A DNA stretch of 64,000 nt from Phoronis australis (taxonomy: Eukaryota; Animalia; Phoronida). The stretch lies in NCBI GenBank assembly GCA_002633005.1, contig NMRA01000057.1, forward strand, positions 431,567-495,566, given 5' to 3'. The translations under genes were made by a program, and so were the position numbers. The notes beneath the pieces are model-generated. The model saw only the letters and a program-made list of their open reading frames with translations, was not told where the DNA came from and searched no databases. Positions 35,383-50,300 of the stretch are shown here, one piece after another (positions within the stretch are counted from its first letter, which is position 1; every line of letters begins with the position of its first letter).

Positions 35383-38300
35383 CTTCAGAAAGAGAAAGAG
35401 AGACAGATAAAAAACCTTTACAGGTGTTCGGAAATATTCCGATGTTTTGAGTCAAACTAACAAAGAGAGCAGGTCGATACCACATGCACGCACCCAGCTT
35501 AAAATGTAGGGATGCCGAGGTCACGAATTTTTGGTTTGTGGACCTTATTACTAAAAAAAGGATAAACGGGGTTTCTTCGAGGCCTGTGCATTGTGAAGTG
35601 GCCCCCCCAACACCCTGGGTACTCGTACTCGCATGTGCTACTCAGCAATTCACACGCCGTACTCCCAAATGATATCTGGGAGAATTTTAGGAGGCCACGG
35701 CCCCCTTGCTCCCCCCCAAAATCCGCTACTGGTTACTTTCAAAAAGTTTCGATTCTTTTTCACCATGCTTAATGGTATTCGTCAAAACAAATATAATCTA
35801 CGCGAAAGCAAACGCCATCTCAGAAATCTCATGCGTTATTATAACTGTCAAGTCTAGGGGAAAAACAGACCGGCAGCCCAGAGCACTTAGCATAGATGAA
35901 CGGGGTACCAACATCTGACCACGGGAGCATTTAGAGTCCACCTCAGTATGTACAGAAATGGACGCCTGCCGTTGTCAGCACTCTGGGTGTGAACCCTAGG
36001 GACCTTACAAGAGGGCCAAAATGAGCTAGACTAGATATTCGAGGTACCGGCCAAAACTGGTTTAAAAATGACAATAGTACGGCACTGATCACCGAATGAC
36101 CCAAGACAGACAAATTGCACTTTGGAAAGAGTCCGGCAAAAACCAAAAAAGGACCCCCAAAAATGAGCTGGCTCATACATTCGAGGTACCACACAAAACC
36201 AATCCCACGTGATTCAATACATGTCACTGATCACTAAATGCCCCATGACAGACAAAATGCACTCTGGGTTGTGCCCGCCAGAAACCCCCCAAAATGACAA
36301 CCACCGTATGCCATTGAAAATTTGAGATAAATTAGATATTCGAGGTACCAGCTAAAAGTGATTTAAAACGAACAATAACACCGCGGTAAACACCAAATGA
36401 CCCATGACAGACAAATTGTCCTCTGGAAAGGGTCTGCTAGAAACTTAAGACCTCCAAAAAGGAGCTAGCTCATACATTCGAGGTACCACAATAAACAATT
36501 CCATGTTTGTAAATGGCCTGTGACAGAAAAAACCCATGATGGGTTGTGCATGCCAGGCCCAGAAATCTCAACCACGTAATTCTGTTGAAAACGTGTGATA
36601 TATTAATCAGATAATCAAGATCCCGGTTTAGTCTTGGTAGAGTTTTGTAGAATCAAGAATTTCGATAAGGAGGGTGTGATCAAATGCTCAGTTAGCAGTT
36701 CATTGTGAAATCTTGAATTTTCGTAATACTTTCGCGTCTACTGAACTCTCCCCTTGCTTAAAATTAATAACAGGGTTACACTGAGTGTCAAATGGATGGT
36801 GGGGGAAAGTAAGCATTTTGGAAGATACCCGATAACACTAAAACTTTGGGATATTAGGAATTGTCAAAAACCAACCCATTGATTGATGATTGCGACTGCA
36901 GCTAGTGGGCCCTTAAATTTGCGGTAGATCGAGGAACCCCGAAAATGATTTTCAAAGAGTCCTTTCATTACATCGACTACTAAACAATGCTTTTAAAGAA
37001 AAACAACAGACGTGTTTTTAAAAATCTTCTTGAATCAAAATAAACTAGCAATAGTCATGACAACGCTTTCATACAGCCACCCAACACTTACAATAACATC
37101 CGTGTTTGAGGCTCTGATCAATGCATTGCTTTTTGAGGTGGCTTAGTGTAGGGTAAGAAGATTAAACTTGAATTTGTCTCAAGACCGTTGCAAGAAAGAT
37201 CTTAAGCTTGCCCTAAGTTTTACTTAAGTTTTGTTTTAAGTTTGACGATCTTACCGGATGTGGAAATTTCAAAGTTTGGAAGTCAAGACAAATCTTAGAC
37301 TTAAGTCAAAAACGAACTACAGTCAGTTTCTTGGAATGGGCCCCAGTCTAAACAAGTTGGCTTGACACGGCGGGTTATTTTATGAATGGCCCCAAGCCAA
37401 CACGAGCTTCCAGGTCTTTCCCACTCAGAAGTCACTTGTCAACTGAGCAAGGAACAAGTTGACGTCAGTTATTACGTCAACTGGTTTAAATCGACGGGGG
37501 CTGGTTTGTAGCAGCAACAAGAGCAACGCAGTCAGAGCTGATTATACGCCTACCATGTGCATCAACGGCAAAGAAATAAGGGATGCACACTTTTTCAAAT
37601 ATATGTCCACAGTTGAAGGATCCATCCGAAAATCAGAATCAGATGTGCAAACTCTCCTCTTTAGAAACGCACGTGTCAAATTCCGTAGAGGTCCATCGAT
37701 TAACTCGATTAACAGATGCAGTAAAAAGTTGTCTCTAGGACTCACCACAGTAGGCGGAAAATCGACACCAGACGTGCTTCCTCAGTTACAATACAGATTT
37801 TATGAAGTATCATCTAAGAACTGCATACATGTTGACACAGATGCAAAGAAAAATAAACTAGCCACTAGAAGACGACAACTAAGAATGAAAGTCGGTTACG
37901 CTTTGCTTAATTAATAGGAGGACATCTAATAAAGTTTGCGGATAGGGAAACACACGCCAAAAAAGAAGGCATGGAAACACGGCTGCTACTATGGGCGCAA
38001 AAAAAGTGGAAGTCTTCGTGTTTATCGTTTGTTGCGAAAGAAACATATTAGCCAAATTTCATGAAGATATATTAAAGAGCTTTGCAAGGCAGAAACTGGA
38101 GGATACAAATAGAAGAAATGAATCGCAACAAGGGGACGTCACAGCAGTCAGACTCCTCCCGGTATCAACGCCAACAGTGCCCTCCTCAACAAGATAATAC
38201 AAAAGCATTTCATGCACCTCAATCAAGGAGATTGATAGATACTGAGGCAAAAACAAAAAATGCCACTGGGGCAGCCGCTGTAGTCAGACTTGCCCGAAAA

Positions 38301-41300
38301 CCTACGTCAGCCGTCGGTAACTTGAAAAATACTGGAGCACAAACAAAAATGTTATAAGGGGCGCCAGTGTAGTCGGAGCCGTCCTAACATTGACATCAGC
38401 CGTGAACCGGATCTTCAATAAGAATACATCTACCGAATTTCATAATGATCCTTCAAGCCGTTTAGCAGACACCAAAAGCTGAATCGAAAATAACAAAAAT
38501 AACAACAATGACCACAGGAACACAAAGAAGTCGATGAATGGCCCGACATTGGGAAAGTATCGTTGCCATCTAAATTGAAATATAGTTGCCAAATCTCTTC
38601 AGTCGATGAACTTGTAGATGCAGAGGCAAGCGTAAGAAAATAACATTGCCAATCGGGGACCCAATTCAGCGTTAGCCGGATCCGTCCAAACGTTGTCATC
38701 ATCGGTCGTCAGCTACATACGAATACATCAGTTAGCATTCATGAAGTCTTTGCAAGGGCGCCGGACGTCGGTCTCCCTGGTAGAGATGGCGGCAAGATGT
38801 GTCCACATATGCATATGGATATGTGGGCGCATAAGAAGAAGCTCCAACAAGATTGTCAAACTACTATGGGTCTCAAAATAACGACTGCTTAACGGAATAC
38901 CGTGTAATACCTTGTACATGAATTGAACAGAGATGGAACAGACTGTGAAAATTACTGGCACTATTCCCGCCACAAGGCCGCACGTGAGCTTTGGCAAATG
39001 GAACTCTTCCTCCTTTTCCGCGTGTGCAATGTCATGTTCCGTTGCGTGGTAACCGATGTTGGCGAAGATGCAGTACACGACGACTGCGCTGATGATGCTG
39101 TATTCAATTATGCAAGGAATCAAGAACCTGGCAGCTTCATGCGCTAATTTGAAGAGTCCATCATGACAGAACGAGTGGGCATCTGAAACGAGACAACTAG
39201 TTGTAGCGGAAATTTCTAAAAACACGCCATCACTTAGGACCACAGGTCTAATTCCGGAGCCAAAAAGAACAGTGTCCCCGTGTGTCAAGCAAATACAAGG
39301 CGCAATAGAAACATCGAACAGTTAATTTTTAGCTCGTTTTGTTGGTTTATTTAAAAATAACCTTAACGCTGCACTATGCCGTTGTTCAGCAGACAATGAT
39401 GAATTCTTAACCGAAGCGCTTTGGGAGTTAGATATCATTACCGTAGGGTCTAGTGGAATGTACTGGCAACTCAAGTCATAAGCAATGCGTGCATCCGCCG
39501 TTTTAGAGTTCTCTAACCCCATTTATTTCTGAGGTGTTTCTGGAGTCGGTGGTGGTTTTTATTCTGTTGTTGGTGACGGTAATACAACCCTATCGTGGTC
39601 AGGAATATTGAAAGGTCGCTTTGTGGGAATAAGAGGAGGCCTAGCGTGATAGGTGTCCTACTTCTTTACTCGAGGTCATGGGTTCAAGTCCCACTGGGCC
39701 ACACTGCTAGACTCTTGAGTCAGGCCTCCAGCTCTTCAGCTCGGTTTTAACTTTGTATTAATAAGGCACAAAAATAGTTCCAGGTGATCAGTGAATGAGC
39801 CCACATGCGCGCCTGCGTGCGTCTGGTAAACGTACACCAGATCGCCTGCAAAAAGGGACAATTACATGTTCGATTTTATCCACCAAAATAAGAAGAAATG
39901 CTCCTTTACCCAACGACGCCATCGGCACTATTTTAACTCTCTTATTCCAAACATTGTTCCTCATTCCCAGAGACATTTTTCTGTTTAAAGGAACTCTCGG
40001 CTTATATTTGGGGCACTGAAATATATCTGGGGCTTGCCATTAGAAAAAAACGTAAAGAATTTATGACAGATGGAAAAATTCGTTATTTAGTTTTAATCTG
40101 GGCCCGGTCTCCAATCTACGTACTCAGACTCGAATCATGCTGAAACTCACACTTCATACTCAACTCGAGTACAGACTCAGCTTTGGTGTATTCAATGTCA
40201 TACTCGAAAAATCTGTACTAGAAATTTCGAGCACGTACTCAGTTTTCGAGTGTACTCGAACTGAAGTGTATCTCATCTACATGTATATTTCGAGTACGAT
40301 TTTGAGTAAAAATTCGAAGTCTATGCTCAAATTTCAAGTTTGGTATGGCAGTGTGCTTGAAATCGTACTCGAAAATAAATACGAGCCAGAGAACAAAATA
40401 TCGAAAGGGAACCAAGAAACACAGCAAATCTAAAAAATAAGTCCTCTTACCGTATCTCAGCACTTCAATTTCAGTTCGGAAATAATAGTTTTCATCTTAA
40501 ATCTTCTTATTATTCACCTTATTAACCCTCCGTATCACTGTACGTTATAGCCGCCATTCTACCTCTACAATTCCTGGCAACAGGCGCATTGTGATCCCTT
40601 GTCGGCGAGTCATAACAAGAGTCGAAAGCAGTTGTGGGAAACGTCGTGTGAGAAGTTTGTGCTGCCCTTATTTCGGTATGTGTGCCTACGTTTTGTAGGG
40701 TTTCCAAAAGACGAGGAGGGGAGGGAAGTTAAAAAAAAGTTCGCTTCCCTGTCAGGTACAATGTACATTTCTCATCATAACTTAGTCATCTATAATTCCT
40801 CAATCCCCAAATGGAATTCCAGATTTTGTTTGCCGATTTCTAAGTAGACGTCTCGTCCCGTTCACTGCCACTGGTGATGAGAACTCTGAATGCCTGCACA
40901 AGTATTGTTTTTTAACTCACGTGCCAAATGTCAACTCACTTGATACATCCCGGTAAAATACAAAGATACAGTATCAAAGTTTGACATCAGCGTAGGCGTA
41001 CACAGCAATGGGTTTTATGTCAAAACTAAATTAGCAAAAGAGATGTGATGCGATAAGCAGAAAGCTGTTACAAATTTCTTAAGACATTTTCGGGACTGGG
41101 TGAGGAACTCAAGAAGTAAAGCTTAATAATTGCCAAATGTATCAAAGAAATGGTATAAGAATATTTATTGAAACTAAAAAATGAATAACAGTTACAGAAC
41201 ACTCAGAATTCCACGTTATAGACATACTCTTGTAGTTGTAGCGACAGCAGACGATAATGTAGGCCTGGTTCTTGGGGTGGTCTATTCCAATAGGGAGCGA

Positions 41301-44300
41301 TGAATCAGCGCGGCTTTGCGTGATTTTGCATTTCACATCATGAAGAGTTCCATAGCAACTCGAGTATGAGTGTCAGATTTGAGAACGTTTGGAGTCTACT
41401 CGAAATACGACATTAGATACGCTTTTTCGAGTACGACTCCAGTGAGCACGATTTTGAGTATGAAATCTCGAGTATGAGTATGAGTCTGAGTACGGAGATT
41501 GGAGACAGGGCCCAGTACTTCTAATGTCACACCTATATAAATGTAACGTGCATGTATCTTCTTTGCACATGGTTCTAATTTGTTTCTGCTTTAACTTGGG
41601 AGTCTTCGTTTACCCTCCGACAAACCGCCACCTATACTGAAAAGTGGCCCTGTGGAAACATGATGAACGACACACTGAATTCTGTGTGTGGGCATCAATG
41701 CTCATGTCTTGGTTGGAAGTAAACCGATCACATCGCCACCACTTGCACACGCCTTTATGCACTGAACTTGTTTGGGCTTAAGCCACTATTCAAGTCAAAG
41801 GTGGTCGCCATACTACGTAACAGTAAACTAGAAGGGGTTTCCCAGATTTCAACCAATGGGAAGGACTGAATGTTTCGTTACTAAGTTAACCAACATTAGA
41901 CAGCGCTACCTTTCGTAGCACTGTGGAAGAATGGTCTTCTTTGTCTTTTTGCCAGACATGTCTGTCATACAGGCATACCTGAATTTCGTAATTGACAATG
42001 GTAATAAAGGAGAATGCCATCCGATTTAATTAGTTATTGTTACCATCTTAATCGGTCTAAGTCAACATCACCTCGTATACTGCACGGTCAATCTCACCTC
42101 GCCGAAAGTTGTCGCGTTAACCTGTCAGCACGGTGAGTACACGACGCAGCGACGTCAGTGGTTCTGCAGCCGAGTTTGTGCCGCTATGGTGTGGCGCATT
42201 GTTTCCGCTTGTGTAAACCATGAAGCTGCAAGGAAAGCGGGTATATCGCCTTTTTCGGTCTCCTAGAGAACCCGAAATGCTTCGGAAGTGATTCCCGGCA
42301 GTAAAGAAAGAAAAGTACGCCGTTACTACCAAGTATGAGGTCGTGGAATATCTCCGCGTCTGTGGGTTGAATTGTCCTGCTTCAAAATGAATTATTCTCA
42401 TCCTAAGCAATGCTTATATAAAACTGAAACAAATTGTCAAAGTCTGTCTCAGTAGATGCAATTTGTAATGCCGTAGGAGGGTTCGTGAATGCAAATGTTT
42501 TGAGAAATCAACAATGAATAAATCATACTGTTTATCGGCTTCAGATGCACCTTGACCGCCTTGTGGGCGCAAGCTAATTCAGTGTTTGCTGCCTGAAAGC
42601 GGTTTTGAAACTATTACTCGATTTTATATGCTATGGTCAGATGTTAGGCGCGGTTCCCGACGAGTGCGTAGATTTGTAATTTCGCGGCGAATTCATCAAA
42701 ACATTCGCACGCACATTATTTCTTTGGTTCAGTAGACTATTCTTTTCGCGACTGGAAGTTTATTTTTCACCTTACGCAGCCGACCAACTTGGCTGGTTTA
42801 TGTTCGTAATGTCTCAAGTCCGGCCGTGACGGGCCTGATTGGGTTCCAGCGAGCAACTGCGTTATAACGACCGTTTTGTGTTTAGAACTGAAAAAAATCT
42901 CAAAAAATTACGTCGCACGGTTATGGTCTCCTGTCTGTCTGTCTGTCTGTATATGACGGAAGAACAATTCTAATTTATCACCGAGCAGACTCCAAATTTC
43001 CCACGACCGAACTCGGTAAGTTGGCCTACGAAACTTCGACTACGTTACGTTCAAAATTTCTATAAATTAGTAACAGCGAAATAAAACTACTCATTTTTCA
43101 AAAACTCAATGCATTTGTAAGGGTTTTACATCGAATTTTGATGATTTATTGATGTAAAACGATGAATTTTAAGTGATAAGCCGACACCAGTTAGCGCATT
43201 GTGAACTGCTGAGCAGACTGTGTTAGAACCTGTGACGTCATTGGTTAGTTTCATCACCCCGTCTGCCGTCTGGTGTCAGTTAAAAGAACTCAACTTGCTG
43301 TTATCGAGCGGAACTACTAAATCTAAATTAATACAAAATAATTTGTTTTATCAGTGGCATTCTCCTTTAAAAATATACATATTTCAAGTTATGTAATTTT
43401 CAAACCAAACTCAGATGAGCCGTTTCACAATAAATTCCGCTCTTGAGCAAAGTTTTGAAATTGAGAAATTAATATGTCGACATCCTCCCCCACTTCCCCG
43501 AAGTTTACTTAAGAAAGTAAGGAAAATAGGTAAGCTTACATTAATATTTTTACATCTGAAAATAGAGCATTTAGCTTGCTATTTGTGTAGTGTAAAACAC
43601 TTGACATACTCCATGCAGGACCATTTAAGGTTAGGAATGTTGTAGCAGCAGGGTGCCAGAGTATCAGCGCGGTGTTATGAGTCTTTGCGTCGCCGCACTA
43701 ACATAATATGTGTTTTGTGTCGTGACTGTCATCTCACTTTAAATGTATAGAAAGTCGACACATTTTTTCCAGGAAAAGGTGGCCAAGGAAAGCAGTGACG
43801 ACTTCCGCATCTCTGGCCCAAACATGGCTTTTATCCAATGAAAACCGCTATTACTTTTAACTTCTTTTCAAACTTGAACGGCCAGTGCAGAATACCTTAT
43901 TGGGATATACATTCATTTGGACCTTGATTGAAACGATATCCCTTGGATTTTAGTTCGACAGCACAATATTTTTACCACCCTTATACATGCGCAGACCCTA
44001 TCTATAAGGCTTGATGTCGTAGGTTGAGAATAAGTCTGACTCAGAGGTAACTATCTCTGGGCTAAAGATACGAAATTCACCACTTTTTAAAGGAAAAATG
44101 TCGACTTTCTACCTCTGAACACTTTCTATCTCTGGTCTACAGATAGAAAAAAGAAAGGTGACTGCCCCGTCAATAGCTCCGGGTAGCTGTCGGTCACTTC
44201 GAGAAGATGAAAACCGAAAGCACGCGCCATGTAATGACAAACAACACACGGAAGAAACAGGGTCGCGCGATCATTGATAAAATAAATTGCCTGTATAAGG

Positions 44301-47300
44301 TAAAAATGTATTTCACCTGCCTAGCTTGTAAATAACTAGAAAACGATATTATGTGCCAGGCTGTAATATTATGCTTACTTATTGTTTTAATGATTTCTTT
44401 TCAATCCTCATTCTGTCACCGGCTAATGCATCCCTGGCATCCTATTTCATTGATAACAGCTGGATTCATCTAAAAACTCATTCTCTCTGTCATAGATTAG
44501 GTTTGTGTTTCTTTCTATACAGTTGTCGTGTAACTCGGCAAAAGCGTAGGTCATGCTTACATGTTTAGGAGATTTTAATTTGTAAGTAGTTTTCAAATTT
44601 TGCTTCAAACCTTTGAGGGTTGTCGAGGGTTGCATACACGTATCACTATTTTCTTTCAGAAAAATAAACGGGAAAATAGTATTTAATATCTATTTATAAG
44701 CCAAAGCTGGTTTTGATATCCTTTTAAGTCATCAAATGTTGAATTCATTCATTTCTTATTTTTCTGCTGAGGCCGCTTCTAACACGTTACCGCACAGGTC
44801 AGTCCAACCCGTCGTCTAACCGTCTCCGACTAGACAAGGTAAGAGCATTTCAGTTCGTCCTCGCTAAGGTCATCACTTGCATTGGAAAACCAGACCAAGT
44901 TGCAAATGCACAAATGTCAAGAAGAAGAAGAATTTCCAGTTCAACTTCTTTCCGACCGGTCGGTGAAAAGTTCGTGACTTATGCCGTACTTTAAAGAGGC
45001 GTGGAACGCGACAACGTGTAAAAATATGAAAGGATCGTAGAGAATTTGTTTTGTGGGGATGCTAACGTGAGAGTTACTCACTATGAATATTGCAAGAACC
45101 TCTAAAAAACCGTCAGATTCACTATTTTTGAAGCACAGACGAAATATAAACTCTTTCATTCCAATACGGTTTTCAAATTCTCCACCCCCTAATAATACAT
45201 ATGTGCACATGCGCTCAAAGAAGTCAGATGAGCTGTTGCTTGAAATCGACAATGTTTTGTTTAAGTCAAATGTCAAAGGTCATATTTTCCATATGACGGA
45301 AATGTGCTACGTCTATCATGTACGCAACCAGCTGAAAAAATGGGGGGCTCAAATTTTTGAGAATGTTGACCTTTTACTGAGATTCACAGGGTACGTTCAG
45401 AGCTATGAGTTGTGCATTCGCCGAATTTTGGTAGTTCCCGCCTTTTTAGCGGACTTTTGTCTCGATTTTTGTACTTTTGTGGAGTTTTTGTTTCTCTGAC
45501 GATGACCTTTTTGCCCACTTCACCAAATGGGGGGGGGGGGGGNNNNNNNNNNNNNNNNNNTCGACGAAGTGGCGAGCAGTTGACAGATCTTCTTTTTAAA
45601 TTTGAAACTAAAGGGAAAATGCTCAGGCATCAAAAGAAAATCAATCTTTACGAGCAAGTCGTAAAAATACCTGATGAACAGTTTGACTTCTGATTCAATG
45701 GCAGAGAACCACTTCGAATAATACAATTCAGCCATCTTTTCACGTTCTATGCCACTTAAACGTAATGTAGTGATCATCTTCTTAAATTCCGAAGGCTTCT
45801 GAATTTCAAAATTACCATGGCTTTCGTCATGACCACCACCAGAAACCATCAACAGGTGATCTTTGTCCATGGTAATGTTCAACAGATGTTCTTGAGCTTC
45901 CAAGGAAGCCATGTCCTCAACCGTCTCGTGAACTAAGGAGTTGAACCACGTGCGCACGTTTGTCACCATGACATGGGTGAGAAAAAATCGCGCAGCCTGC
46001 TGTTGTTTTCGTATGACAATCTGTGGGCGAGAATGAGAGCAATTTTTTCTATCAACGTGAATTTAAAAATGCGGAGTTTGAAGATACAGGTCTCATTGCA
46101 GGTTTTACTCGGGGGCCATTGATGGTTGATTTTCTAGCAAGAACGGGTTGGGCTCAGGCAAAACATCGCCAGAGGCCCGTTTCATGAAAACTGAATTAAG
46201 CATCTAAGACTTAATATCAAAAGTTTCTCTAAGTTAAGACCGAAGGCAAAAGTTCAGAAGACCGTTTCATGAACACATAGTCGGATTTTGGTTTCCGGTC
46301 GTAACTTAGACAGAAATAGCGGTAAAGCGGTTTTTGACAGGTGAGCATACAAACTGCGTTTTTCCCCACCTGTTGTGAATCTACAAAACTCCTCTCCTTT
46401 ATTTGAGAACACCTTGGAATGACTGAAAGATGTCCTGTCACATGGGGTGGTAACTTGCACTGCATTGTCTCTACGGTCTTTGCCGGTTCTCGAATCGAAA
46501 GCAGACGATCTTCAACTTGGCATTGTTTAGACGTGAAAAATGTCAACGAAATTTTGTTCCTCAACAGTTTACAGTAACAATAGTCCTAACGTTTTGCCAT
46601 TCAGATCAAAAAGTCTAAATCTTAAGCCTACTCCGCTGCAGGCTAATTTTCGATCTTAGCTTGGGAAAAGCCGGACTAAGACATTTTAGTTTTTTAAGTT
46701 AGCCCGATTTTGGTCTCAGTTAAGGCAGGACAAGTTTCATAAAACGGGCCCCAGATTACGCTGCCTGTTACAAGGTGTACATGAGTATTTAGTCTTATAC
46801 GCCTGCATGTGAAGGTGCGCCTCTATGCAGAATAACGCGCACGCACCAGTATGTGGAACAATTGAAAAAACAAAAGACCAAATGTTTATGAAAATTAATA
46901 TTAGGTTACAAAAACGGTCGACGTCAATGCGTACTCAATTCGAAGTAAATAACTGAACGAAGCATAATAGTGTGAACAAATCACACACCTTTGAGACACG
47001 GGATATTTGCAGGCATCTGTGCTTGAAGCTCAGACGCGTGCTCCTATGTATGTGTGTGTGCGTGCGTGCGTACGTGCGTGCGTGCGTGCGTGCGTGCGTG
47101 CGTGTGTGTGTGTGTGTGTAACACTTGAGAAGAGTCGACTTAAAACAAAGCATTACATCGGAGATAGAAACATGGGCCTATATGTACGTACGTATACACA
47201 ATTGGTTAAAACAATACACACTGCTCCCCAAAAATTATAAAACAAATACATGTACTATGACTATGACACAGATGTGATCATGGTTGCTGGGATTTATGAA

Positions 47301-50300
47301 AAACAACGTAAATTCGGAAGTGAGTACTTCAATTTCATTCATGAATTTCTTTCTGTAGTTTTTAGGCGTTGCTAATGCAAAACTTCAAGAGTATCATAGT
47401 TTGCACCTTAGACAACCATTTCCTACAGGCATAATGCTCTATGATCGGAATCAAGTCAATGCAGAATTCTTTTGCAATTTCGCAGCCAGAGTCAGAAAAA
47501 CAGACAGGCATCGGAAGAAAGCGAGGACCTTACAATTCTACTCCGTCTCAAAGGGATGCCAAGCGTCAGTTCAGCCTTCATCCGAAGTGCACTCATATTT
47601 TGTCCAACGACAAACCCAAAGGAAAGTGCTCTCGAGAGCGATACTTAGCGAAATAATTGGACAATAAACAGTGAGTGTTATGATGACGACGGTGAAGTAG
47701 CGATGGACGAAATTAAATGAAAAACGAAGACGCCGGTGACGACGATGATGATTGCGATGAAAAATATGGAGATGAGGAAGGTGGCGAGGATGAAGACTAT
47801 ATTAAAATGTTGAAAAAAGGTCACAGAGTTGACTCAGTCAATAAAAGAGCAGTCATCTGAAAATCTCGAATAACTCGAGAACGGCAAGACGTAATAAAAA
47901 TCGGCTGATACACAATCCGATAGGTCGTGACAAAAGACCAAATCCATATTTCGTGTTGGCAATAATGACGGGATTGCTTTGGAAACCTCTTAAGATAAGG
48001 TTTGACAAAGAGGGTATTGCGAGTTTCTGAATGATTCACTAAGGCTTCGATTAAAATTCACATCTTACCAGCAGCTTCTGTTTTTTCATCGTCACTCAGG
48101 TTCCATTTTCTTTAAAAAATGAAGTAAATTTTCTTCATTGCACAGAGGAGCAGACGACGGACACGGAGTCGTAGTGCACAGCGCCGCTGCCGGTCGCCCA
48201 GGATATCGCGGGAGATTCTATACTTAGCCATAGTTCCGTTACGAACGCGCCGTTTTCCGAATTTGACACTTGAAATTGGATTTGAGCCCCCCCCAACACT
48301 AAAACTGCACACATTTAAATCTTTTTTCATCCGTATAATTTTAATTACCGGGGTTAATTAATAAACTCACCATTTCCCTACGCTCTTACTGTTTTATTTT
48401 TTTTGCTGCAGCCAAGGGGGGGGGNCCCCCTAAATCCGCCTATGCACTGGAAGGAATCCACATCCCAAACAAACGATACCATCAACAGCAACGCCACTGA
48501 CGCCAATCATAACACCCCGGTCGACGTTCGATCAACACCGATGAGGCCAAGAACGATGAGGCTGCGGTTAGGCCTACTGACAAGTACGAAAATGACATAT
48601 AATCGCCATCATCATCATCATCATCATCATCATCGCCATCGGCATCGTGATCATTAATTTTGATTACGAAATTGATAGCAAAACAAAGACACGTAAGACG
48701 GGAACCAGTTGACCAGAAATCGAGGAACGACCATACACTAAAATAACCGGCGTCAACATTTTTTCGAATAAGTTACGCAGAATGATCCGGTTGCAAAACA
48801 TTCATTAGAACAAATGGAGTCATGCAAGCTCAATCACCAGTGCATGCGTATTACCTTGTTGCACTTGTACAGAAACACCATCTGAATTCCAGTGAAAATG
48901 AGTTGAAGAAGATTCTCGAGGCGGAACAATACGCTGTCGCAACTAGTTGATAAATTGTGATATGCTTCAGAGATATGCGCTGCGAAACGCATTCCGTGGA
49001 AAACCATGGCCCCCAGACCGAACACTGCAAATATCAAAGATTGAGTATTTTAAATAAGCTCCTTGCATTTGACTGCGAAGTACATGCACATGTATTTATC
49101 TGATTTGTGTGGCCATCCTAATTGACGTACTATTTTTTTATTGTTGACACCGATTTTGAGCTAATCCCCATGCCTCCGGGGGTTACTCCAGCATTAAAGT
49201 GACGGGATGTGCCGCGCAAAAATCCCTTCCGTGGAAATTTGCCTGTTGAAAAGATATCCCCCCGTAGAGAAATTCGAAAAAGCCGCCCTTCCGTAGAGAA
49301 ACCCCATAAAAAGTCACCTTTCCGTAGAAAATTTGCATCAGAATTCACCTTTTACGATCCTGCCGGTGACCCTGTTAAACGATGCACGGTTCACGCCAAG
49401 AATCCCGGACGAGAAGCGATTGCATCCCGGTGATCGCATTGTGAAAGTCACAAATATACCCGGCGGTGCGTGTAAGTGATAAATCTCTGAAGCGAGACTA
49501 AATAATACCTTTTCGCAGAGATTTGTGATGAAAATGCTCAGTATCTTTTGTAGTAATTTTTAACAAAAATATTGGCCCCCTCTGTAGAGACTTCAAACGA
49601 AAACGGTACCCTTCCTCAGAAATTTCAAATGAAGAAGGTACCCTTTCGTAGGAGAATCTGGTCTGAAAAGTTACTGTTCCAGGTAAAACGTCCCTTATAC
49701 CCCACAAACATGTATGACAGTATGGAACGCGAACGTGCTCTTTTGAGAACGTGTGTAATGCACTCGTCATACTCGTGCGTTACGTTACCCTCGCGCCTGC
49801 CCGCGTATCACTAGTTACCCTCCGATGCGGATGCCCAGGGCTGTCGCCCCGTCCCCCTGTGCTCGCTACTGCTTTGAGAGCTCATAATGTTTACATTCCG
49901 GTCTGCAACAACTTCAGGGCAATTAAACTCAGAGAAAATACGATAACGGTATACTTTGTAAGAAGCTGGTGTAATGAATGACGCATCCGAAGTCTAGCAC
50001 AGTCCGAAATATATGTAAACAAACATTTCAGGCAATGATTCAGGGCGCGAACATTACTTCCGGTGCTACGCATGCGTAATAAATTAAGACAAGAGGATAA
50101 CCAAAACATCGCAACTTAACCAAAAATGACACTTAAAACTGTAACAGTTGCTTTTGCCTGTTCAATCTGAATAAATTGAGCACTCGAATATCTGTGCAGA
50201 TCAAGTTTTCTCGGACATTTTAGAAGCATGATAAGTGCTGGCCGTATTTGAGCGACACATAAGCTGGTAGCCTCCGTAGCAAAAAGTTGCTTATCCGGTA

